Under the pieces are notes generated by a model. It did not search any database, was not told where the DNA came from, and saw only the letters and a list, made by a program, of their open reading frames with translations. This document shows, piece by piece, positions 17,759 to 29,418 of a stretch of DNA of 64,000 nt (within the stretch, counting starts at the first letter, position 1; each line of letters opens with the position of its first letter). Location of the stretch: contig JBCCEA010000002.1 of NCBI GenBank assembly GCA_039030515.1, positions 64,001 to 128,000 of the forward strand, in the 5' to 3' direction. A program made the translations under genes and the position numbers. Source of the DNA: Myxococcota bacterium. Lineage in GTDB: Bacteria > Myxococcota_A > Polyangia > Polyangiales > Houyiibacteriaceae.

Positions 17759-18891
17759 TGCAGTCTCTCTACTGGCGCAGCAATCGCATCTCCACGCCAC
17801 AAATGGTCGCCGTCGCCCTGTGTGCGGCCCTCGGGCTTTTCGTCGTCGAACTGAATCCAACCGAAAGACGGGACGAGTCCTACGAGATCAAGAGCGCTGC
17901 AGCGCACCTGGCTGACGACGCATTTCGCGCCGTGAACCTCGAGCGTATTCGCCGGCAAATTGACCTAGAGCCAGAGCTAGACCCCTCGGGCAGTGGACTC
18001 ATCGGCCCGGCGCACACCCCCATCGTGTCGAACGAAGGGCACCTCACGGCAAAACAAACGAGTGCGAACCCCAATTTTTCGGCAGCGTTCATCGATATGC
18101 TGATCAAAGCGGGAGTTCGGCGCGGTGACCTGGTTGCGGCAAATATGACCGGATCGTTCCCGGCCATGAACATCGCGATGTGTGCCGCGTTTGAGGTACT
18201 GGATGTTACGCCGGTGATCGTCAGCAGCGTAGCCGCATCTGAATATGGCGCGACCCATCCAGAGCTGACTTGGCTCGACATGGAGCGATCGCTCTTCGAG
18301 CGAGAACTGTTTTCCTTTAGGAGCCGAGCAGTCACGTTGGGCGGAGTTCTCGATATGGCCCGCGACCATTCCGAAGAAGGAGTCGACCTGCTCCGCGCCG
18401 CGATCGACCGAAGTGGGCTCGCGCCGATGTATCCCGCTTCCTTTGAAGAGGCGGTACGCATGCGTCTTGATCTATTCGATCAAGTGCGTGGCGATAGGGA
18501 CTACGCCGCCTACATCAACATCGGTGGAGGAACCGCGTCTGTGGGCACCGCGTCCGACAAGCGACACTTTAGTGCTGGAGTCAACACCCGAGTGCCCATC
18601 GAACTCGAACGAAGTTCGGTGATGCGTCACTACCTAGAGCGAAACATACCGGTAATTCATATCAGCCACATCGCTGAGATCGCTCGCTACTATGGACTGC
18701 CGGAAACACCGGTCGAGACACCAAGCCCCGGAAGCGGAGGCGTGTTTACCCAGACGGTGCTGCCGGCTTGGACGATTGTCACCGTGCTGGGGCTGATCTT
18801 CCTTTCGATGTACCTCGCGACGCGTTTCGATCTCAGAACCACGTTCGGCCGCAGCGAAGAACGATCGGGCCCACCCGAGCCGATGATCTGA
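17758..18891 (+). CDS. pgsW: Poly-gamma-glutamate system protein (PgsW-like)
   Basis: SGLIG..TPI, GHLTAKQTSANPNF, TGSFPAMN, SSVAASEYGA, YINIGG, IPVIH; N- and C-terminal TM helices; TGATG coupling to pgsC. Confidence 0.85.
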   Translation: MQSLYWRSNRISTPQMVAVALCAALGLFVVELNPTERRDESYEIKSAAAHLADDAFRAVNLERIRRQIDLEPELDPSGSGLIGPAHTPIVSNEGHLTAKQTSANPNFSAAFIDMLIKAGVRRGDLVAANMTGSFPAMNIAMCAAFEVLDVTPVIVSSVAASEYGATHPELTWLDMERSLFERELFSFRSRAVTLGGVLDMARDHSEEGVDLLRAAIDRSGLAPMYPASFEEAVRMRLDLFDQVRGDRDYAAYINIGGGTASVGTASDKRHFSAGVNTRVPIELERSSVMRHYLERNIPVIHISHIAEIARYYGLPETPVETPSPGSGGVFTQTVLPAWTIVTVLGLIFLSMYLATRFDLRTTFGRSEERSGPPEPMI

Positions 18892-18910
18892 ACGTGATCC
18901 TCGCGTGAAT

Positions 18911-19013
18911 TTAGGGACCACGTAACCTCAGGAACCACGTAACCTCAGGAACCACGTAACCTCAGGAACCACGTGACCTCAGGAACCACGTGACCTCAGG
19001 AACCACCCCAACC
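18911..19013. repeat. 17-bp tandem repeat, 6 copies (tcaggaaccacgtRacc), last copy is the end of the helicase gene
   Basis: Units start at 18911, 18928, 18945, 18962, 18979 and 18996; no spacers. Confidence 0.95.
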
Positions 19014-20894
19014 TTGCGACTTTCGTTTCTTGCCCTTGAAGCGCTTCGATTCAGACGAAGAACGCGATCGCTTCGGACCAGGGTACGCTCCAATGCGGTC
19101 GCGGCCGGATGCGCGAGAACCGGATGCGCGAGAACCAGAGCCGGATGAACCAGAGCCGGATGAATCACCGCGTTGCCGAGCACGTGAGATAGGCACCATT
19201 CTTCCCCGGACCTGCACCTCAACTCCGCCACGGAGCAAGGCCTCTCCCTCCTCACGGCGTACGTTGACGAAACTCATTTGATCTAGAATCGTGACCTTGC
19301 CGATATAGACGCTTTCGATGCCCGCGTCTCCCGCCAATGCTCCTACCAGGTCCGCAGGCCTCACCCCCCGGGTCCTACCGATAGGCAGAAACAACTCAAC
19401 CGGAGCTTCGTCCACTGCTCGCCGACGCGCTTGCTGGGAATCACCACGCAGGCTTCCTTTCACTCCCGCGGTTCTCGATCCTCCGTCAGCTCTCGGACGA
19501 CGCTCTGCACTCTTTTTCGTCTTCAGCTCGCGGAACCATTTGGGCGGGGCATCGTCTATCGCCGTATCCAGGCGGACGTCTTTGACTTCAGCCAGCTGAT
19601 ACAGTGCGGCAAGCGCCAGCTGTCGCACCTCCAACTCGGGCAGAAGCTCCTCGAGCAGGGGCGTAGCCGAGCCTACCAAGTCAGACGCCACACTGGACTT
19701 GAGACCTTCGATAAGTCGCCGGCGTTCTGCTCGAACGATCTCGGCATCGCTGGGAGGATTCATTTTGGTGATATCCGCCCGAAGTGCGCGCTCAAAATTC
19801 CGGATCCTCGAAGCTTCTCGAGGCGCTACCAAACTTATCGCAACCCCGCTTCTGCCAGCACGCCCAGTCCTGCCGATACGATGGACGTAACTCTCTGCAT
19901 CGTTGGGCAAATCGTAGTTGATGACATGGCTTACATGCTCCACGTCGATTCCGCGTGCTGCAACGTCGGTCGCCACCACAACCTTGAGCCTACCGGCTCG
20001 AAAACGGTTCAGGACCCGCTCTCGGGCTGCCTGATTGAGATCGCCATGGAGCGCATCTACCGAGAGTCCGGCAGACGCCAACCGGTCGGCCGCCTCGGCA
20101 CATCCTGCGCGCGTCCGGGTAAATACGACCGCAGCAGTGATCGGCTCGGAAGCCAGCACCCTTCGCAGCGCATCTACTTTGTGTTTCTCCGGTACCAGAA
20201 GCGCACGCTGCTCGATGTGGTCCACTGTGAGCGCCGCCCGCTCCACCTGTATTTCGACTGCAGCGGGCAGTCGGCGCTCGACAACCCGGCGGATGGCCTC
20301 AGGCATGGTCGCGGAGAACATTGCCACCTGCCGGTCCTGAGGCGCTCCTGCGATCACCCGCTCGACATCTTCGAAGAATCCCATGCGAAGCATCTCGTCC
20401 GCTTCGTCGAGCACGAGCATCTCTAAGGTAGAAATATCCAAAGTGCCTCGATCTAGGTGATCGACTACCCGTCCTGGCGTTCCCACCACCACGGCTACCC
20501 CGGAACGCAGCGCATCGAGCTGAGGACCGTAAGGCGCACCCCCATAAATCGGTACGACTCGTACGGGCAAGGTTCCCGCAAGATCTCGAAGCGCCTGGGT
20601 TACCTGGAGCGCCAGCTCGCGAGTGGGCGTCAAAACCATCGACCGAACCTGAGGCCCGCCGGCTTTCATTCGCTCAAGCAGCGGAATACCAAACGCCGCT
20701 GTTTTACCGGAACCGGTCCGAGCCCGCCCGATCATGTCCTGACCCGCGAGCAATGGAGGGATGGCCCGCGCCTGAATTGCGGTTGGCGCTTCGAATCCTA
20801 CGACTGAAAGACGCTCCAGAATTCGGGGGTCGAGGTTAAATGAATCGAAGGATGCGGGCTGCTCAGTCACGGGCAGCGCGTTAAGCGTAGACAT
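18996..20894 (-). CDS. deaD: DEAD-box RNA helicase (DeaD/CsdA-like, with DbpA-type RNA-binding domain)
   Basis: Q motif, TGSGKT, PTRELA, DEAD, SAT, ARGID, HRIGRTGRAG, GVRPADLVGA. Confidence 0.9.
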   Translation of the reverse strand: MSTLNALPVTEQPASFDSFNLDPRILERLSVVGFEAPTAIQARAIPPLLAGQDMIGRARTGSGKTAAFGIPLLERMKAGGPQVRSMVLTPTRELALQVTQALRDLAGTLPVRVVPIYGGAPYGPQLDALRSGVAVVVGTPGRVVDHLDRGTLDISTLEMLVLDEADEMLRMGFFEDVERVIAGAPQDRQVAMFSATMPEAIRRVVERRLPAAVEIQVERAALTVDHIEQRALLVPEKHKVDALRRVLASEPITAAVVFTRTRAGCAEAADRLASAGLSVDALHGDLNQAARERVLNRFRAGRLKVVVATDVAARGIDVEHVSHVINYDLPNDAESYVHRIGRTGRAGRSGVAISLVAPREASRIRNFERALRADITKMNPPSDAEIVRAERRRLIEGLKSSVASDLVGSATPLLEELLPELEVRQLALAALYQLAEVKDVRLDTAIDDAPPKWFRELKTKKSAERRPRADGGSRTAGVKGSLRGDSQQARRRAVDEAPVELFLPIGRTRGVRPADLVGALAGDAGIESVYIGKVTILDQMSFVNVRREEGEALLRGGVEVQVRGRMVPISRARQRGDSSGSGSSGSGSRASGSRASGRDRIGAYPGPKRSRSSSESKRFKGKKRKSQGWGGS

Positions 20895-21008
20895 ATTTAT
20901 ATGCTCAAAGAGTGCGCCGGAAGCAGTGAAAAACCGCGGCGCGTGATTGCGTGGAGGCGGAACATACGCGATTCGCGCTTCTCGCGCTAGGCGAAGGATT
21001 CTAGCGGG

Positions 21009-21082
21009 CGCCCCCGGGAGGATTCGAACCTCCGACCTTCGGATTAGAAGTCCGCGGCTCTATCCAACTGAGCTACAGGGGC
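21009..21082 (-). tRNA. tRNA-Arg(TCT)
   Basis: GCCCCTG TA GCTC AGTTGGATA GAGC C GCGGA CTTCTAA TCCGA AGGTC GGAGG TTCGAAT CCTCC CGGGGGC G; followed by CCC, not CCA. Confidence 0.95.
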
Positions 21083-21273
21083 CGATCGAACGCCATCTTG
21101 CCGCAAGTAGCGCTGGGCGCAAGAGCGCTTTGCGCGAAGCAGAAGTGTAATTGAACACGAAAAATCAGGGCTCCCTCCCCTCTAATTTCCAACTGCTCAA
21201 GTCCTGAGCTATGACGAGAAGTCTTTTTCCTATCAAAATCCATGCACCTCATCGACAAGACCAACTCTGACAG

Positions 21274-21306
21274 GAAGGCCCAAACTGTTTGGCCTTCTCT
21301 TTATTT
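21274..21306 (+). terminator. Hairpin with T-rich tail just upstream of the PilZ gene RBS
   Basis: GAAGGCC-CAAACTGTTT-GGCCTTC followed by TCTTTATTT. Confidence 0.4.
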
Positions 21307-21317
21307 GAGGACTCGTT

Positions 21318-22028
21318 GTGTTGACTGAATCTCAACCGCATATCCAGAGTGAGACGCCGAAAGATCTGATTCAGTTCTGCTGCAGCCGGCGAACAGTTGC
21401 ACTCGTTGTGACAGAGGAGACCAAAGGGGTTTGTGAGGCAAGGTTTCGGCGGACAGCGAACGGCGAGGTCGTACTAACCGTAGCGAAATCGGAAAAGAGC
21501 ATGCCGCTTGAGGGTGCCAAACGCTGCACGGTCTCTTTTCAGCACGAGGGTCGGGTACGCCTTTTTGCCACCGAAGTGCTCAATTTCCTCAAGGCTCCAA
21601 ACAGCCCCTCGGGTGCAGACGCTCAATTGACCCTGAAAACGCCTGAATCGGTAAGGGTGCGGGACTCGCGTCTGGGGGTGCGCGTCCCCGTAAACCCGGC
21701 GGTCGGACTGCGCGTGCGTGTGCTGCGCGAGAACAATGAGTTCGAAGAAGTGGGGCCTCGCAACATCAGCGTCAGCGGATTGCTTGTCGACAGTCTAGGA
21801 TCGCAGATTCAGTCCGAAGACCAGGTCAAAATAGAGCTGGAACACGCGGGCGAACGCATTCGCATCGACTGCGTGGTTCGCAGAGTGCATCCGGACGAGT
21901 CCATCGCCCTTGTATTCGTACCGGTAACGAAGGGATCGGCGGCCCCAGATGCGATTCGACAGATCGTAGAAAAGCTCGAAAAAGATTGGATGCGGCGCAC
22001 GCGGAGCTTGAGCGCACACATGGCCTAA
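21318..22028 (+). CDS. PilZ-domain (YcgR-like) c-di-GMP receptor
   Basis: RLGVR (RxxxR) and NISVSG (D/NxSxxG) motifs after an N-terminal beta domain. Confidence 0.8.
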   Translation: MLTESQPHIQSETPKDLIQFCCSRRTVALVVTEETKGVCEARFRRTANGEVVLTVAKSEKSMPLEGAKRCTVSFQHEGRVRLFATEVLNFLKAPNSPSGADAQLTLKTPESVRVRDSRLGVRVPVNPAVGLRVRVLRENNEFEEVGPRNISVSGLLVDSLGSQIQSEDQVKIELEHAGERIRIDCVVRRVHPDESIALVFVPVTKGSAAPDAIRQIVEKLEKDWMRRTRSLSAHMA

Positions 22029-22037
22029 GCTTTGGAT

Positions 22038-22658
22038 TCAACTTAAGTTCTGAAGAACGAAATAACCCTGAAGTGTTTCTTTCATCACCCGGAACGCAGC
22101 GGCCCGATGACTAATTTGGTTCTTTTCAGCGGCAGGAAGCGCCGCCATGGAACGTTCTTTTCCGTCTGGCTGAAAGATTGGGTCGTAGCCAAAGCCGCCG
22201 GAGCCTCCAGGCTCGAGCAAGATACGCCCTTCACAAACGCCTTCCGCGTAGGCGACGGGATCTTCCGCGGATCTGCCAGGGTCGACGAAACAGAGCACAC
22301 ATCGGAAACGGGCCTTTCGATCCTGTCTACTCCCGAGCATACCGAGGAGTTTCGCGTTGTTCTCGGCATCACTGGCATGCTCCCCCGCAAATCTTGCGGA
22401 GCGGACTGACGGAGCGCCCCCCAGCGCATCTACCTCAAGACCGCTGTCGTCTGAGATCGTAGGGAGTCCGGCGCGTCGCGCGTACCCAAGAGCCTTAGCC
22501 AGGGCGTTGGCCTTTAGCGTATCCCCGTCCTCTGGAATCGAATCTGAAATTCCAAGGTCAGAAAGAGAGCAAACGCTCAGCGTGACTTGGTCAAACATAC
22601 GCCTGAATTCCAGCACCTTGCCCTTATTGTGGGTCGCAAGCAGAATCTTCGCGCTCAT
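22038..22658 (-). CDS. rdgB: Non-canonical purine NTP pyrophosphatase (RdgB/HAM1)
   Basis: ATHNKGK, DDSGL, GFGYDP, KNQISHR; start MSAKILL overlaps the rph stop. Confidence 0.95.
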   Translation of the reverse strand: MSAKILLATHNKGKVLEFRRMFDQVTLSVCSLSDLGISDSIPEDGDTLKANALAKALGYARRAGLPTISDDSGLEVDALGGAPSVRSARFAGEHASDAENNAKLLGMLGSRQDRKARFRCVLCFVDPGRSAEDPVAYAEGVCEGRILLEPGGSGGFGYDPIFQPDGKERSMAALPAAEKNQISHRAAAFRVMKETLQGYFVLQNLS

Positions 22659-23407
22659 GCGAGCAACCTCTCGAGTTCGATCCGAGCCGCGGCAAGTGCA
22701 GCGCACTGTTTTTGCACAAGCTGGGCAATCACCTGGGAACCCGCTTCAAGCAGCGCGTCAAACTGTAGACGCGGAACAGGTGGACCTTCCGTAGCCCCTT
22801 GAACCTCGACCACCTCACCCTCAGCGGTAGCTACTAGGTTTAGGTCGACTTGAGCGTTCCTATCCTCTTCATAGCAAAGATCCACCATAGGCTGCCCTTC
22901 CACCAAACCGACACTCACTGCAGCGATCGGACCGCGAAGAACGCCGCGAGGTACCAGACCACGTCGACGCAAATCATCAAGCGCCAACGCCAATGCCACA
23001 AAACCACCGGTTATCGATGCGGTCCTGGTGCCTCCATCCGCATCCAGCACATCACAATCCACATGCAAGGTGCGATCGCCCAGGAGCTCAAGACGCAGCG
23101 CAGCTCTGAGGCAGCGACCGATGAGCCGCTGAATCTCCTGTGCCCGCCCGTCGATGCGCCCGTTCCTTGAATCTCGCATACGCCGCTTCGACCCGGACCG
23201 CGGATGCATCGCATACTCAGCCGTCAACCAACCGGCTCCTTCGTCCACCACCCAGTCCGGACGCCCTGCAGAGACGCTGACCGAGACGAGCACGGTTGTA
23301 CCACCCGAGCGATAAAGCACGGAACCTTCCGGATTTCTCTGAATGCCCAGCTCGATCTCAACTGGACGCAACTGGAGCGAACCTCGACCGTCCTTCCTCG
23401 TCGGCAT
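22655..23407 (-). CDS. rph: Ribonuclease PH
   Basis: [44 protein letters not shown]. Confidence 0.95.
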   Translation of the reverse strand: MPTRKDGRGSLQLRPVEIELGIQRNPEGSVLYRSGGTTVLVSVSVSAGRPDWVVDEGAGWLTAEYAMHPRSGSKRRMRDSRNGRIDGRAQEIQRLIGRCLRAALRLELLGDRTLHVDCDVLDADGGTRTASITGGFVALALALDDLRRRGLVPRGVLRGPIAAVSVGLVEGQPMVDLCYEEDRNAQVDLNLVATAEGEVVEVQGATEGPPVPRLQFDALLEAGSQVIAQLVQKQCAALAAARIELERLLA

Positions 23408-23500
23408 CATCTTCTCCTCATCGAAAGTAGCCTCATGGCACATAGTCAATACACAAGCCCGGCTCCACCGGCCTTACCATCCTCTTAGAGTCCACCTGTC

Positions 23501-25432
23501 CTAGGAGATAGGCCGTCGCTCTTCCTCCGCATGCGAGGGCAGCCAGATGCGAAATGTAGTTCCCTCACCCGGCTGAGATTCACAGATGATGCTCCCGCCA
23601 TGAGCCGCAACGACCTGCTGGGTCAGGGGCAAACCAAGCCCAGTGCCTCTTTCTTTGGTAGTGTAAAGAAGATCGAAGATATGCTCGCGCTCCTCCGGCG
23701 GTATGCCGTCGCCGTCGTCGCGTACCGAAATGAAGACACCACCGTGGTCCCCTGCGACAGAGAGACCGACGCAACCGCCCCCGGGTACCGCCTCCCTTGC
23801 ATTGCGCAGAAGATTCACCAATGCCTGCCGCATCTGGTTTTCGTCGATCGCCACCAGCGGTAGCTGCGTGCCTATCGATACATCGAAGACAACTCCAGCA
23901 GCCTCAATCTCACGACGTAGAAACTCGCATACCGAACGTGTCCATAAGGCCATGTCCTCCGGTTCCAGACGCGGAGCGGGAACCCGAGCGAGTCTCAAAT
24001 ACTGCTCGGTAATCGCAGTCAAACGATCGATTTCGTTCTGCACTTCGCTCAAAAGCGATCGAGCCTCAGGGTCATCGCGCACCTCGTCTGCCAAAAGCTC
24101 AACATTGAGACCGATACTGGACAGAGGGTTTCTTACTTCGTGCGTGACATGGGCAGCCATGCGACCGATGGCTGCGAGCCGTTCAGTGTGGATCAAACGA
24201 TCTTTGGTGCGAAGCTCTTCTGTCACGTCTTCAACGACCAGCAGCAGTGAGCGGCCGTCATCGCCGAAGGGAGTCACGAGTAGGTCTACGCGACGGTCTT
24301 CCGGAGCAAGCACCACGCCTCGCAAAACCGCTCTTCGTGCTCTCGCGTGACTCCGTCGCACTTCTGGCACCAGATCCCGCAGGCGTTCGGTGAGACCGAC
24401 ATCCTCTATGGTCTTACCGACATCGTCCTGAACAAGACCCAGCAGGCGCTCCGCGGCGCGATTGGCTGTACGTATCCGCTCCTGCCCATCGATCACGACA
24501 ACCGCGGCCCTCAATCCGGCTAGAATTTGCTCCTGCATTCGATGCAAAAGCGCCTGTGCTTCATAGGCCTCCTGAAGCTTCGCCTCGCGTGCAGATAGTG
24601 CTGCTACCATCACCTCAAACTCTCGAGTCAACTGGCCGAACTCGTCGTTGGAACGCGGCACCAAAGGTTCTACCGAGAGCTCACCTGCGGTCACACGGAC
24701 CACACGATCGAGAAGTCGAGGCAGTGGTTTAAGCAGCCGGCCCGACCACCAGATGATCACGAGACCCATCATGAGAGAGATCACGCTGAGCACACCGACA
24801 AGAAGTCGAGCTCGGCGCTCTTGGAGTTCGGCCTTAGACGTAGTCAAGTGGATCTGCTCCCGTAACGTTCTCGAAGCCGCTCGAATCGCGAGTTGCGCTT
24901 CCTTTTCACGTTCTAAGAGCGCCTGACGTTTTGCGCTGAGAACCGCTTTTGGTATCGACTTCCCGACCAAATCAGCCGCCGAGTACACCGTGCGACTGTC
25001 GGTAAAGTGTCGCTCCGCTTCACGCAGACGAGCACGGATTTCTTTCAAGGCGTCAAGCTCTACCGGCGGAGGTTCGAACCGAATTGCAGAGTCCAGGCGT
25101 TCAATCGCGCCGCGAACTACGGAAATATGCATCCATCGAGCGCTTTGGAGCCAGTCGGAGTAGGTGCCGTCAGGGTCGCGAGACAGTTCCAGTTCGCCGA
25201 TAAATACAGACTGGTGCGCCTGAAGTTGGAATATGCCTAGCGCGAGCGGAACGTAATCATTTTGTATGCGTTGGAGCGTACTCGCGTTGCGCTGATGCTG
25301 CACCACACTGATCAGGGCTACCCCGGTGAACATCGTCAACACCAGGGCGTAGCCCAGGAAGATACGGGTCGCGATCGAAAGCCGAGAGGGCCTCAGGCGC
25401 ATCGTTCGATTCGATAGTGGAATGTGGGCCAC
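23501..25432 (-). CDS. Membrane sensor histidine kinase (HAMP-PAS-HisKA-HATPase)
   Basis: Two TM helices, DEFGQL HAMP, HEVRNPL H-box, NLLRNA, DDGDGI, GTGLGL. Confidence 0.92.
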   Translation of the reverse strand: MAHIPLSNRTMRLRPSRLSIATRIFLGYALVLTMFTGVALISVVQHQRNASTLQRIQNDYVPLALGIFQLQAHQSVFIGELELSRDPDGTYSDWLQSARWMHISVVRGAIERLDSAIRFEPPPVELDALKEIRARLREAERHFTDSRTVYSAADLVGKSIPKAVLSAKRQALLEREKEAQLAIRAASRTLREQIHLTTSKAELQERRARLLVGVLSVISLMMGLVIIWWSGRLLKPLPRLLDRVVRVTAGELSVEPLVPRSNDEFGQLTREFEVMVAALSAREAKLQEAYEAQALLHRMQEQILAGLRAAVVVIDGQERIRTANRAAERLLGLVQDDVGKTIEDVGLTERLRDLVPEVRRSHARARRAVLRGVVLAPEDRRVDLLVTPFGDDGRSLLLVVEDVTEELRTKDRLIHTERLAAIGRMAAHVTHEVRNPLSSIGLNVELLADEVRDDPEARSLLSEVQNEIDRLTAITEQYLRLARVPAPRLEPEDMALWTRSVCEFLRREIEAAGVVFDVSIGTQLPLVAIDENQMRQALVNLLRNAREAVPGGGCVGLSVAGDHGGVFISVRDDGDGIPPEEREHIFDLLYTTKERGTGLGLPLTQQVVAAHGGSIICESQPGEGTTFRIWLPSHAEEERRPIS

Positions 25433-25529
25433 ATGGGCGCATCATAGCCCAAGCGTCTCGATGCATCGAAGATGGCCCTGCGAAAGAAGGACCATCGACG
25501 CATGGTTCAGGGATCAAGGGCAGTCCGTA

Positions 25530-26234
25530 CTACCAGCGAATTCCAGCGCGCAACCAGGTTCGTCGCTGCCCTACCCTGACCAGGACGCGGAGTCTAGAGT
25601 CCGGACCGGACGGAGTCGCTTCTTTAGCCAGAGTCGCACGAGCTCCCATAGGTAAACCGTCCTGCATTAGCGCGAGTACGGAATGAACGAGGCTCGTCGA
25701 CTGTAGCCAGGACGAGCTGCCGATCGACGCGAGGGAGCGCGATGGCGTGTCGCTGCAGCGCGCCTCACTTGGTCTGAGCGCGTCCCGAAGTGCAGGTGCG
25801 ATGGCGTGTGCTGAATGGCGTGCGCCTTGACTGTAAAAGACAGGTGCACGTTCGGTGCAAAATTGACGTGTCATCGGATGTGCGATGAGCGCTACCGGAG
25901 GAAAGGCTTCGGCAAAATAGAGTTGTTGAAGCGACCGGGCCGAAAAGGACCTTGTGCGTACATCAACCCTGTCCGTAAGACTCTTGGGTCCGCGACGCAC
26001 ACGCGAGACGTCGCGCAACATCTTCATTTCGCCGAACATCCGAAAATCGAAAGTGAGCGGTGCCATCAACAGGGCCACCGCGCTTCCTTTCGCACCCTGC
26101 GCAGAAGCAGGAAAGCGATAATGCTCGACCGCCAAAAACGTTCCTATCAGAGAGAAAAGAAACACGGCGCTCGCGCTGTAGGGACGACATGCGTCGTGGG
26201 AATGGAAACGGGGGAGCGGATTTTTCTTACTCAA
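25530..26234 (-). CDS. Hypothetical, possibly secreted protein
   Basis: Longest ORF in a 1-kb gap; hydrophobic N-terminal stretch; ends LRAGIRW; no recognisable motif. Confidence 0.3.
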   Translation of the reverse strand: MSKKNPLPRFHSHDACRPYSASAVFLFSLIGTFLAVEHYRFPASAQGAKGSAVALLMAPLTFDFRMFGEMKMLRDVSRVRRGPKSLTDRVDVRTRSFSARSLQQLYFAEAFPPVALIAHPMTRQFCTERAPVFYSQGARHSAHAIAPALRDALRPSEARCSDTPSRSLASIGSSSWLQSTSLVHSVLALMQDGLPMGARATLAKEATPSGPDSRLRVLVRVGQRRTWLRAGIRW

Positions 26235-26471
26235 CTGTAAGATTCTAGCTCAACCTCTCTGCAACTTGCATCTAGTTAGGAAAATTCGATAGGCGGATGT
26301 GCTCCTGTAGCTCCAACGTGGGCACGTTAGGCATCTCGAGCGAATTCAACCCACGTCTACGATGACGACCGCAGGTATCGCGGGCAGACATTCATTTCCA
26401 CGCAGAGGCGCCGAACGATATATTCATCAAAAGCGCAAATATGCGAGCACCCACCCATCGTCAAACAGCGA

Positions 26472-26525
26472 CTAGGCACTTGGGGTGCACTAGTCACTTG
26501 GGGTGCACTAGGCACTTGGAGTACA
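26472..26525. repeat. 18-bp tandem repeat, 3 copies, containing the stop of the Cys-rich gene
   Basis: ctaggcacttggggtgca / ctagtcacttggggtgca / ctaggcacttggagtaca. Confidence 0.9.
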
Positions 26526-27392
26526 GAGCCCCGTGCCCACAGGCGACTGACTGTAGGCAACACACTGACCTTCGCCGGCGGGACAGGAGTGAGACTGCCC
26601 CTGTTCTGCGTCGAGATCGCAGATGCGAACGCAAACGAACTCATCGACCCCGACACATGAAAGACCGGATCGGCAGTCGTTTTGGTGAACGCAGCCTTCG
26701 CCGACATCCGCATTGCCCGCCGACAAACACTCTGAATCCCCATCACCACTGACGATGAAGCAGCCTTCTCCTGCATCGCAGACTTCGCTCGGCGCAAGTA
26801 CATCACAGGCACGGCTAGGAGCACATCGACCCCAGGAGGTGTCGAATCCGTCCGCGAGAGCCGCGTTTCTCAAACAAAACTGGTCGCCAGTGCAAGAGGA
26901 CTTCCCCTCAAACGATGGACAACACAAGGGAGCGCAAACCCCCAAGCCTTGGATCAAAAAGCATCCCAACGTGGGAGCGCAGTCCGCCGTGCTGGTGCAG
27001 TCCATGCCTGCCTCGAGACGCTCTTCCGCAGATTCGATGCAACTACCCCCACGTTCGTCCAAAACGCAGGAGAGCCCGTCTGTACACCCGGACATCTCGG
27101 TGGAAGGATCACAGTCGGCACTGGTGCAGGCGGGCGATCGCGCATCCGGACCATCGGTCGCTGAGTCTGCGTCGGACGCTCCGCCGGAGCCGGGAAGTAT
27201 CGACGCATCCAGCACAATTGCACCCGCATCGATGGTCCGGTCTTTGGAGGCAGAATCGGAGTCGTTGCTCGCGTTCCCCGCGCACGAAACGATGACGACC
27301 GAGGGCAAGAGAAGACGCGTCAAGACGCGGATTTGATGGTGAGGATACAAATAGTGGACGGTACCACACTCGAGCGTGGTCCACACACGCAC
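26508..27392 (-). CDS. Cys-rich (disulfide-repeat) lipoprotein
   Basis: IVSC lipobox, Asp/Ala-rich linker, two Cys-rich modules (C..DC..GL.C...C...C). Confidence 0.7.
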   Translation of the reverse strand: MRVWTTLECGTVHYLYPHHQIRVLTRLLLPSVVIVSCAGNASNDSDSASKDRTIDAGAIVLDASILPGSGGASDADSATDGPDARSPACTSADCDPSTEMSGCTDGLSCVLDERGGSCIESAEERLEAGMDCTSTADCAPTLGCFLIQGLGVCAPLCCPSFEGKSSCTGDQFCLRNAALADGFDTSWGRCAPSRACDVLAPSEVCDAGEGCFIVSGDGDSECLSAGNADVGEGCVHQNDCRSGLSCVGVDEFVCVRICDLDAEQGQSHSCPAGEGQCVAYSQSPVGTGLCTPSA

Positions 27393-27485
27393 TGCATTAC
27401 AGATGCGGTAGCTCGGTTTGGCGTAACCAACGTCTCAGCTGGTCATACACCGCTCGGCTCTTGGCGGCCAAGATCGTACAGGCTT

Positions 27486-29252
<1,767 letters not shown>

Positions 29253-29418
29253 TCAACGAACCCACCGTCACCGAACGGCAAGGGCGGCTCACGGGGCAGG
29301 AGGGCAGTGCCGGACGCGCGCGCAGGTGCAGGGAACTGGTGAATCGCCACGTCACGTGGCACATAGGGCGTTATCGCGGTCGATCGCGGCCCCGGGGCGT
29401 CGCGTCCGGGAGGCATAG

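Noticed and set aside
18911..19013. Possible CRISPR array (also 34368-34449)
   Set aside because: Units are 17-19 bp, contiguous with no unique spacers, and no cas genes are present
19431..20426. Long antisense ORFs (also 28422-29234, 42201-43088, 13564-14316 and many others)
   Set aside because: Shadows of well-supported opposite-strand genes, expected in GC-rich DNA; no motifs
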